Origin: Lentisphaeria bacterium
GTDB lineage: Bacteria; Verrucomicrobiota; Lentisphaeria; JABSQK01; JAWLHB01
Assembly: GCA_041690595.1 (NCBI GenBank)
Contig: JAWLHB010000011.1
Span: 124,001 to 188,000 of the forward strand
Direction of reading: 5' to 3'
Length of the DNA: 64,000 bases
Every line of letters begins with the position of its first letter. Position 1 is the first letter of the stretch. Both the position numbers and the translations under genes were made by a program. Below, piece after piece: positions 51,074 through 59,473 of the stretch. The notes under the pieces are model-generated. The model had not been told where the DNA came from, ran no database searches, and saw nothing but the letters and a program-made list of their open reading frames with translations.

Positions 51074-52198
51074 ATGAGCGAGAGCGAAACCTGGATTCTG
51101 CCCAATACCCCCGGCACCCGCGTTGGGGTCGCCGTCCTTGCCATCCTTGCCATCATTGGCGGCATCACCACCGGACGGCTCGTCTCCGGCTGGGCTATTC
51201 AACGGCTCACCGACGCCGGTATCCTCGAGGCCGCGGTCGACCCGATGGACGCCATCCCCCTGAGCGCGGTTCCCGGACCACCCCGCGAGGAGGCTATCGA
51301 GTTCATCCTCACCGAGGATAGCTCACAGACCATGCAGCCCCAACCCTCCCCCGAGGAGGAGCGCTGGGCGGATCTCGCCGGCAACTTCTATACCCGCGAC
51401 TTCGTCGAAAACTTCGCCTATGACAAGCCCGGCCCCGATGGCCCATGGGTTCGCGTCTCCTACGCGCCCGCCGGCCAGACCTTCAGCGGCCGCCTCGAAG
51501 CCCGCGGACTCAAGCCCAACTTCGCCTACCAGATCAAGCTGCGCGGCGATTACGACATCGACCGCAACTCATTCGGCGTCATCGGCGGTTATGGGCGCTG
51601 GCGCGGCCCCGGCAAGGACACCAACTATACCGATCAGGAGTTCCTCGAAGCCGTCCACAAGAACGAGTGGGAAGCCTACCTCTTTTTCGACTACTTCGTC
51701 ACCGACGAGAATGGCGATGCCGTCCGCGAGTTCGCCCTCGATCACTCCCTTCACGTCCTCTGGAACGCCACTACCCAGCGGGGCGACGATCTCCCCGAAG
51801 ACCAGCTCGTCCCCGTCCTCCTCGACGCCAGCAATCCCCAGGTCTACTCCCGCCCCAAGAGCGACCCCATCAGCCACTACATCTGGGCCGAGCGCGAGCG
51901 CAACCGCTACGACTTTCCGGAGCAGTTGATCCAGTTGCCCGCCACCGTCTACCGCGCCCAACTCGTCCTCACCGAGGAGAGCTGGCACTCCCGCGCCCTC
52001 GACGGCGGCTGGTGGGCCACCGTCTACACCATGCCCGTCGAGTTCGCCATTGGACCCGATGCCGTGGCCCCGCCTGTCACGTCGACGCCTGTCGGCAATC
52101 AGGAGCCGCTCGATGCCGTCGAAGAGCCCGCTTCCGAGGCGCCCGTTGAGGCTGAAGAGGAGCCCGCTACGGAAACTTTACCGGCGGAAGGGAACTGA
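51074..52198 (+). CDS. Membrane-anchored hypothetical protein
   Basis: ATG 51074 (upstream extension runs through REPs); one N-terminal TM, beta-rich body, acidic tail; strong C3 codon bias. Confidence 0.7.
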   Translation: MSESETWILPNTPGTRVGVAVLAILAIIGGITTGRLVSGWAIQRLTDAGILEAAVDPMDAIPLSAVPGPPREEAIEFILTEDSSQTMQPQPSPEEERWADLAGNFYTRDFVENFAYDKPGPDGPWVRVSYAPAGQTFSGRLEARGLKPNFAYQIKLRGDYDIDRNSFGVIGGYGRWRGPGKDTNYTDQEFLEAVHKNEWEAYLFFDYFVTDENGDAVREFALDHSLHVLWNATTQRGDDLPEDQLVPVLLDASNPQVYSRPKSDPISHYIWAERERNRYDFPEQLIQLPATVYRAQLVLTEESWHSRALDGGWWATVYTMPVEFAIGPDAVAPPVTSTPVGNQEPLDAVEEPASEAPVEAEEEPATETLPAEGN

Positions 52199-52353
52199 TG
52201 GTCAGTGGCTGGTGTCGCAATGGTAGGCGCGGGGCATGCAGGGAGGCACAGCGGAACTTGCAATCCACTCCTCCCATGACCATACTAATAGCAGACACAC
52301 ATCGCGAGCCAAACCCCGCCGGGATTCCTCACTCGCGGGGGCAAAGGAACGAC

Positions 52354-52980
52354 ATGATCTTCCCGCCCAAGCGCACCTCTTCCCCCATCACCACCCGCCC
52401 CTTTACCCTCGTAGAGCTGCTGGTCGTCGTCAGCATTGTCGCTGTGATCATGGGCGTGGCGCTTTCCGCGATCAAGTCGTCCCCGGGTATCGATGGGACA
52501 GCCCGTAATGTCGGGAAGCAACTCATGCTCACCCGCCAGTATGCGATCACGCAGCGCAAGCACATGGCGCTGCTGCTGCCTGAACATCCTGCCACCATCA
52601 ACGATTCTGCAATCATTCATCGTGATGTCGATGGGAAGACGTTTCGCCCTTGCATTGTAGAGGTGGACTCCGCCGGGATGATTACTTTTGAGAAATATGT
52701 TGATGGAACGGAGTGGTTGTACTCCAACCCGAACGTGCTCATCACCGCTACCGGCGGGACTCTTCTGGTGGACGCACCGTTCCCTGAATATGGAGGTGTC
52801 AAGCCAAATGTAAAGTGTATCGTCTTCAAGCCGGATGGCACACTTGTCGGGGCCACTGATGCCAAGGTGGAGGCACGGCCGGACTTCCTGACTCAGGAAA
52901 CCATGACGCAGCCGGTTGTCGTCAGTTGGCTGACGGGACGAATCTCTTATCCGCCTAAGACTCCATGGGAGAAGAAGTGA
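52354..52980 (+). CDS. Minor (pseudo)pilin, GspH/FimT-like
   Basis: FTLVELLVVVSI, RQYAIT, IVFKPDG, LTGRI; ATG 52354 with AAGGA. Confidence 0.8.
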   Translation: MIFPPKRTSSPITTRPFTLVELLVVVSIVAVIMGVALSAIKSSPGIDGTARNVGKQLMLTRQYAITQRKHMALLLPEHPATINDSAIIHRDVDGKTFRPCIVEVDSAGMITFEKYVDGTEWLYSNPNVLITATGGTLLVDAPFPEYGGVKPNVKCIVFKPDGTLVGATDAKVEARPDFLTQETMTQPVVVSWLTGRISYPPKTPWEKK

Positions 52981-52985
52981 CAGGC

Positions 52986-53597
52986 ATGAAGACTACCTCA
53001 CAACGTACCTTCAGGCGCTACTTTAACTTGATCGAGGTCGTCCTGGCCTTGGCGGTCATCGCCATAGGCATGCTCGCCATCATCGGCCTGATCCCCATCG
53101 GTACGAGTGCCACCCGCGATGCGATCGGCCAGAACTACGCCGCCGATGCCGCTGATGAGACGCTGCAGCAATTGTCCAAGTGGTTGAGGAGTGACTGGAC
53201 GACCAACCTGGCGCTGGTTCCAACTGATGCCGCTCTGCCGGACGTAACGCTGCCTTCTTACGGGGCAACCTGGGTGGCCCTTGGAAGCGACCCCAAGGTG
53301 CAGGTCAGTGATGGTGATTATCCGACTGACCCGGCAGGAGGGAATGTCGGCAAGCGGGTCTACCGTTTCTATCATGAATCGGTTGCTGACCCTACGGCCA
53401 TGAGCTTTGAGGGGGTAATCCGCATCTGGAAATCGCCTACCACAGCCTGGGAGATCGACAGCGCTGGCACGTGGGTTGCACGTGAAGATACGTCCTACAC
53501 CAAGCGGCTGCAATTGAACCTCGAGGTCAGTTGGCCGGCATCCATGGAGTATGGGGATCGCCAGAAAATGCAGTACGCGCTGGAGGTCGTTAGATGA
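52986..53597 (+). CDS. Minor (pseudo)pilin, GspI/PilV-like
   Basis: FNLIEVVLALAVIAIGMLAIIGLIP.G, C-terminal LEVSWP. Confidence 0.8.
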   Translation: MKTTSQRTFRRYFNLIEVVLALAVIAIGMLAIIGLIPIGTSATRDAIGQNYAADAADETLQQLSKWLRSDWTTNLALVPTDAALPDVTLPSYGATWVALGSDPKVQVSDGDYPTDPAGGNVGKRVYRFYHESVADPTAMSFEGVIRIWKSPTTAWEIDSAGTWVAREDTSYTKRLQLNLEVSWPASMEYGDRQKMQYALEVVR

Positions 53598-54289
53598 AGC
53601 ATAACTTTGCCAGACACCGGATGACCCTCATCGAAATCCTGGTAGCCATGACCATCCTGATGGTCATCATGTACATTGTCATGCAGACCTTCAGCAGCAC
53701 CCAGATCATCTGGCGCAAGACCGGCCAGACCAGCGATCTGTACGAAAAGGCGCGCCTGATCACATCACTTCTTACGCAGGATCTCCAGCAGATCGCGGTG
53801 AGCGACACACCTGGCGCGGAGATTACCTGGAGCACTTGGACCGCGGGGCTGCCGCCGGATATGCAGATTGCCTTCGTGAGCAGTAGTGGGATCGGTGTCG
53901 AGGCTGGGCCGGACAAGTCTCTCCTGGCGGAGATCGGCTACAAGCATACGGATTCTCGGCTCTTCCGCTGCATCACCACACAAAGTGAAACAGCAGCGAA
54001 ATGGGACTTTCTTGATAATCCCACCAGTACATGGGCGGCAGTTACAAGTTGGGAAGATGAGACGTTGGTGACTGACCATGTCATGGATTTTACGGTCATC
54101 GCCTACAATGATGCATCTGTTGATATGAAGACAACGGCGGCTACGTCTTTTGATGCAAACACGCTGCCGCAGTACATTTACATCGAGTTCACGTTGCGGG
54201 CGATGAATGTGCACGAGAATCAGGCTGACGATAACTCGACTGATCGGAAGTTTTCGAAACTCATTTACTTAGCCCGGGAGTACGACTGA
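53594..54289 (+). CDS. Minor (pseudo)pilin, GspJ/PilW-like
   Basis: MTLIEILVAMTIL, AR......DL, EIGY, LP.YI.I. Confidence 0.8.
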   Translation: MKHNFARHRMTLIEILVAMTILMVIMYIVMQTFSSTQIIWRKTGQTSDLYEKARLITSLLTQDLQQIAVSDTPGAEITWSTWTAGLPPDMQIAFVSSSGIGVEAGPDKSLLAEIGYKHTDSRLFRCITTQSETAAKWDFLDNPTSTWAAVTSWEDETLVTDHVMDFTVIAYNDASVDMKTTAATSFDANTLPQYIYIEFTLRAMNVHENQADDNSTDRKFSKLIYLAREYD

Positions 54290-56901
54290 TGAAAATGCTC
54301 AGCATAATGCCGGGTTCGTCTCGCCGCGAAAAAGGGGTGGCGCTTATCCTGGCGCTTTCTATACTCTCTCTTCTGCTCATCCTGGCCATGAGTTTTGCCT
54401 TTACCGCACGAACGGACAAGGCCGCTTCAGCTAACTATGCGCACAGCGTGAAGTCAAGGCTGCTCGCTGAGTCGGGACTTAGCCGAGTGATTGGATTTGT
54501 GCAAACGGAGCTGTCGGTTCCCGTCGGAGCGACCATTCCCACCAACTTCGCCTTTCCCGGCAATCGCTTCTATACCTATAACCCGGATCCGGATAAGGTA
54601 AGTCACTGGAAGCATCGGACCATGCTCTTCTCGGTCAACCTCACTGCTGCGGACACTGTCGTCAAGCTTGCGCAGGTTGACAGCGAAGATAGAGTGGCTA
54701 TGAAGATCGGTAATGCGCAAATGATTCCCAAAGAGTATGAAGGAGAGAACGAGCTTCCGACTACCATGCGGGACTTCATCTCGTGGGAGAACATCATGAT
54801 CAATGGCCCGGATCCAGGCATTCTTGGACGTTACGCATATTCCCTTTTTGACATGACCGGAATGATTGATCCCAATTATGCTGTCGATCCTCTCGGTGCA
54901 GCCGAGGGGGGCGAAACTCGAACGGGTGCCAGTCTATCAGAAATCAGCCTGCTTTTCGACCCGGCCGACGATGCGGCAAGCGCGGCTTTTTTCCGGAACC
55001 AACTCACTGTTGACAATCCGCGCTGGTTCTCGTATCCGCACATTTTCCGGAGTGCAGGAGGCGTTTTTGGTGATGATACTGCTGTGGCCAGGGTCATGCG
55101 CAGCATCTTTCCGTATACGGTCATGGATCCCGAAAACTACTGGCACGAAGACAATGGTGACTTGGCTCTGACGGATAACGAGCTTTTGGATCGATTCAAT
55201 CTGGCGCTCCTTCCCGGTGACAATACGGACAGCGCCGCAGATAACGCGATCGCGATCTACGATATGCTCACTGGCGGGAGCGTTGGCCGACAAGCATCGG
55301 GTCCTGGGGCGCAGCACAAGTACAGTCAGTGGGTGTGGAGAACGGACGAAACGGATATTTGGTCGGATGAGCACGATCCGGAAAGGCTGAGCGAAGTTCG
55401 GCGTCGCGCCGCACGAATTGCTGCGAATTTCATCGATTATTCGGATGTAGATGATACGCCAACTCTGGTGTACGTAGGCCCTTCGCCATCGTATAGCCTG
55501 ACTGTTGACAGCACGCCGACCTCCAATTGGGAGTATCGCGTTCGGGGGACAGAATCTGTCTACGGACTGGGGGAGGTGCTGGCGGCGCTGAAGATCGACC
55601 GCCAAGCCGGTGTGGATCAGGACAAGATTACAATCACACCGCAGTTCCGCGTGGAAGTCTTCAAGCCTAACTTTGCCGGCGGTGCGGCAACGGCACAGTC
55701 AGTTCAGATCACTTTCAGTTATGTCTTGGAAGGAAATGAAGATACTCCCGCCGTTGTTACGATAAGCAAGGCCAATGAAGTTGTTACCATCCCACTGGTC
55801 GATCCGCCAGACGATCTAACCTATGGTTTGATAAAATACAACGATTGGGTGGACGGAGCTGTCAACGGGCCTTTTGCTGATGCAATGAAAGCCGGCGAGG
55901 GCGATGTGTCCTGCGTGAGCTTTGTCATACATAATGTTACAATATTCGATGCCAATGGTACCGTTGTCCGAGAGTTGCCTGAACGGAATCCTGCATCAGT
56001 GCCTGACCTTTACACGTATAACGGCCCTGATCTTGTCAGTACGGACGCGGGCGCAAGCAGTTATTTCCGTTTGATTCGTGAGATGCATGATCCATTGAAC
56101 GATGGATATCATCAAGGTCTAACCACGCTGTTTGGCGATTATGTCGTGTCGACGGATGAGCCTGTTCATCACGGAGATGTGGCTGGTGGTGGCCTGACTG
56201 CTCTCCCGTATGAGCAAGGCGACCATAGCGCCTTGGTTGTATGGGATTATGATGCGAATGAGTATGGCGATGTCGACGTTGCTAATCTGCCTTTCGTTCG
56301 GCTTGGTGAGATTGGGCGGGTGCACAGCTATCGGGCCGGGCAAAGCTTGCGTTTGTGGAGCGCCAATGATACGGATACTGAGACGCACGACGCCTATCTG
56401 CTGGATATGTTCAAGGTGACTTCCGCCGAAAGTACGCCCGGCAGGATCAACATCAACAGCCGGCAGAAGCTTGTGCTGGACGCCTTGTTTTATGGGACTG
56501 GTGATCCGAGCGGCTTGGGATATACGACGCCCCAAGATGCAACGACTAAACTCTTAAGGTACCGCATCAACGTCAAGGCAGCCCCTTTCACGAATATCGG
56601 GGAACTGGGGAATGTGCCGGAGCTTTGCGGCAATAATCGGTCGGCCAGTGATGCGGAGATTGAAGATCGTATGCATGACATCGCGGAGATGATCAGCGTT
56701 CGGAAAAATTCATTCATGGTTGTCCTCACTGCTGAAGCCTTGCGCGACCTCCCCTTCGAGGTGCCAGGGGCGATTCCGTGGACAAGTTTGGGCTATCGCT
56801 ATGCCGGGGTGCAGGGAGAAACAAAAATTCTCGCGATCCTGGAGCAGGATGCCTTCCTGAATACGATCAAGCTTGTGCGGATGGACTATATCTATGACTA
56901 G
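54289..56901 (+). CDS. Large GspK/PilX-like tip pilin (870 aa)
   Basis: KGVALILALSILSLL (no Glu5), RLLAESG, GRYAY, ANFIDYSD, GRININ, PFTNIGEL. Confidence 0.8.
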   Translation: MKMLSIMPGSSRREKGVALILALSILSLLLILAMSFAFTARTDKAASANYAHSVKSRLLAESGLSRVIGFVQTELSVPVGATIPTNFAFPGNRFYTYNPDPDKVSHWKHRTMLFSVNLTAADTVVKLAQVDSEDRVAMKIGNAQMIPKEYEGENELPTTMRDFISWENIMINGPDPGILGRYAYSLFDMTGMIDPNYAVDPLGAAEGGETRTGASLSEISLLFDPADDAASAAFFRNQLTVDNPRWFSYPHIFRSAGGVFGDDTAVARVMRSIFPYTVMDPENYWHEDNGDLALTDNELLDRFNLALLPGDNTDSAADNAIAIYDMLTGGSVGRQASGPGAQHKYSQWVWRTDETDIWSDEHDPERLSEVRRRAARIAANFIDYSDVDDTPTLVYVGPSPSYSLTVDSTPTSNWEYRVRGTESVYGLGEVLAALKIDRQAGVDQDKITITPQFRVEVFKPNFAGGAATAQSVQITFSYVLEGNEDTPAVVTISKANEVVTIPLVDPPDDLTYGLIKYNDWVDGAVNGPFADAMKAGEGDVSCVSFVIHNVTIFDANGTVVRELPERNPASVPDLYTYNGPDLVSTDAGASSYFRLIREMHDPLNDGYHQGLTTLFGDYVVSTDEPVHHGDVAGGGLTALPYEQGDHSALVVWDYDANEYGDVDVANLPFVRLGEIGRVHSYRAGQSLRLWSANDTDTETHDAYLLDMFKVTSAESTPGRININSRQKLVLDALFYGTGDPSGLGYTTPQDATTKLLRYRINVKAAPFTNIGELGNVPELCGNNRSASDAEIEDRMHDIAEMISVRKNSFMVVLTAEALRDLPFEVPGAIPWTSLGYRYAGVQGETKILAILEQDAFLNTIKLVRMDYIYD

Positions 56902-57418
56902 GACAGCCCGCCATTTGCTGACGCTGATGCTTGGCATGATGCTCTGGCTTGGATGCGCACAGGCGCAAGGCCGTTCGGGCGGCCAGGTCAAGGAGTCGCG
57001 CTACCGGCAAACCGTTTTTCCGCTGGATCGGGAGGCGCAACTGTACGCGGAGAGCGTGAAGGCAATCGAGCAAGGTGAAGAGATTCCGGCTTGGCAAGTG
57101 GTTGCCAATCTTGGTCGCTATTACAAGGAGAAGGCGCGGGAGAGCCTCCCGATTGTGCAGAAGGCACGGCAGGTACGCATGAGTGCCGGATTGACGGAGC
57201 CATCCGTGCCCGAGAAGCGGTACGACTGGATGCTGCAGGTGTCGGCTCACTTGGAGAGGATGTCGAGCATTCCTCGCGCTTTGCGGAGGCAGGAGCTGCG
57301 AGATCCATTGCTTGCGCCCGTGATCGATGTTGAGAAAGCGCCGGAAGTTTATGAACAGATGCGCGAGCAGTTCAAGAAAATGCGAGCCAACGATCCCGCC
57401 CGGGATGCCAAGGAGTAG
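56894..57418 (+). CDS. Secreted helical hypothetical protein
   Basis: Signal peptide MTRTARHLLTLMLGMMLWLGCAQA; overlaps upstream stop and abuts gspG. Confidence 0.65.
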   Translation: MTRTARHLLTLMLGMMLWLGCAQAQGRSGGQVKESRYRQTVFPLDREAQLYAESVKAIEQGEEIPAWQVVANLGRYYKEKARESLPIVQKARQVRMSAGLTEPSVPEKRYDWMLQVSAHLERMSSIPRALRRQELRDPLLAPVIDVEKAPEVYEQMREQFKKMRANDPARDAKE

Positions 57419-57421
57419 AAT

Positions 57422-57922
57422 ATGCGTGATCGTCGATATCGTCGAAGTCTTTTTACGCTGATCGAGATCCTGGTGGTCATGGTGATCATCGTGGTGCTGG
57501 CGGGTGTGCTGATGGCGGGCACAAGGGCGGTCTTCGACAAGATGCGCAAGTCGAAGGCGGAGGCGCAGATCCAGGCGATCACGCTGGCCTTCGAGTCTCA
57601 CTATAATGACCGGGGGTACTATCCGCAGCAGCCGACCAGCGGTAAGATCCCGAAGAGTCTGATTGACGGTGTGACCAATTCGTCGACCGGGCAACTCTAT
57701 CTGAATGTGAAGGATGTGGGCCTGAGCTACGATAAGAATGACTTTCTTGTCGACCCGTGGTTTGATGGGGATGATAAGGGGTTCTGGTACTATCAGTGCC
57801 CGGGGACGCACAATGTGGAGAAGTTCGATCTCTGGAGCCATGGCGCCGATCAGGATGGCTACGACGGCAACAGCGTCGGCACGCTCGATGTCAACGACAT
57901 CACCAACTGGCGCCGGAACTAG
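57422..57922 (+). CDS. gspG: Major pseudopilin GspG-like
   Basis: FTLIEILVVMVIIVVL, Y.D.G.YP, DPW, FDLWSHGAD, DITNW. Confidence 0.8.
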   Translation: MRDRRYRRSLFTLIEILVVMVIIVVLAGVLMAGTRAVFDKMRKSKAEAQIQAITLAFESHYNDRGYYPQQPTSGKIPKSLIDGVTNSSTGQLYLNVKDVGLSYDKNDFLVDPWFDGDDKGFWYYQCPGTHNVEKFDLWSHGADQDGYDGNSVGTLDVNDITNWRRN

Positions 57923-57969
57923 TTTTCGCGCGGGCGGGGATTGCCGGCCCCGATCGCCGTTCAAACATT

Positions 57970-59271
57970 GGCACAGTTCCGGCGGTTAGCCTCGACGTTC
58001 CCGGCAATGTGGGAGTCCCCACCCGGCGTTGCCCGGACCGTTTTCTTCATAAGTCAAAACCCGTTCCGCCACCTGTGTGAGCTCAATGTGGGAGGGGTTC
58101 TCCGAACCGCGACTGGGGCAATGCCATCTGCCCGCGTGAATGCAATTACCCCCGCCTTAGCCTCGACTGGCTGGGCCTTGCAAGGGGATGGAGCAGCAAC
58201 GTTTGGGAGAGAATTTCCTGGATTAAGTGGATTTGGCTGTACGCATGATCGCCGTTCGGAGAACGCCTCCCACATTATGAGCGGCCACCCATGTTATGGT
58301 TGGCCATCGGCGGCCCAGGCGCATGGTCACCTTCATAACCACAATTCATTGTCGACGCCATTCTTGAGGCACAGTTCCGGCGGTTAGCCTCGACGAGCCC
58401 GGCAAGGTGGGAGGGGTTCTCCGAACCGCGACTGGGGCAATGCCATCTGGCCGCATGAATGCAATTACCCCCGCCTTAGCCTCGACGAGCCCGGCCGCAT
58501 GTTGGAACTGGTGCAGCAACGTTTGGGCGAGATTTTCTGGCTTCTTCTGATTTTGCTGTACGCATGATCGCCGTTCGGAGAACGCCTCCCACATTATGAA
58601 CGGCCACCCATGTTATGGTTGGCCATCGGCGGCCCAGGCGCATGGTCACCTTCATAACCACAATTCATTGTCGACGCCATTCTTGAGGCACAGTTCCGGC
58701 GGTTAGCCTCGACGAGCCCGGCAAGGTGGGAGGGGTTCTCCGAACCGTGACTGGGGCAATGCCATCTGGCCGCGTGAACGAAATTACCCAAGACTTAGCC
58801 TCGACTGGCTGGGCCTTGCAAGGGGATGGAGCAGCAACGTTTGGGCGAGATTTTCTGGCTTCTTCTGATTTGGCTGTACGCATGATCGCCGTTCGGAGAA
58901 CGCCTCCCACATTATGAGCGGCCACCCATGTTATGGTTGGCCATCGGCGGCCCAGGCGCATGGTCACCTTCATAACCACAATTCATTGTCGACGCCATTC
59001 TTGAGGCACAGTTCCGGCGGTTAGCCTCGACGAGCCCGGCAAGGTGGGAGGGGTTCTCCGAACCGCGACTGGGGCAATGCCATCTGCCCGCGTGAATGCA
59101 ATTACCCCCGCCTTAGCCTCGACTGACTGGGCCTTGCAAGGGGATGGAGCAGCAACGTTTGGGAGAGATTTTCCTGGATTAAGTGGATTTGGCTGTACGC
59201 ATGATCGCCGTTCGGAGAACGCCTCCCACGTTATGAGCGGCCACCCATGTTATGGTTGGCCATCGGCGGCC
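57970..59271. repeat. REP cluster 2: four tandem ~319-bp units (8 REPs), inverted relative to clusters 1 and 3
   Basis: Forward REPs at 58088, 58407, 58726, 59044 (periods 319/319/318); reverse REPs at 58249, 58568, 58886, 59205. Confidence 0.95.
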
Positions 59272-59473
59272 TGCGAAAAGGTCTGTCGCGGGGACTTGCT
59301 AATGTGGGGATGACTTGGCAAATTACTGGAGTCAAAACGGATCGACATGGTGAGCGGGGGCAGAGCGAAGACCTTCTTCGTCCCGGGAACCAGACGATGC
59401 GGCGCAAGCCCATGCACGCCCTTTGGGGTGATGCATACAAGGATTCAGATCAACGGGGAAGAGAGGTATTACT

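Noticed and set aside
57970..59271. CRISPR array interpretation of the REP clusters
   Set aside because: Repeats alternate in orientation, spacers are long and homologous to each other, and no cas genes are in the window
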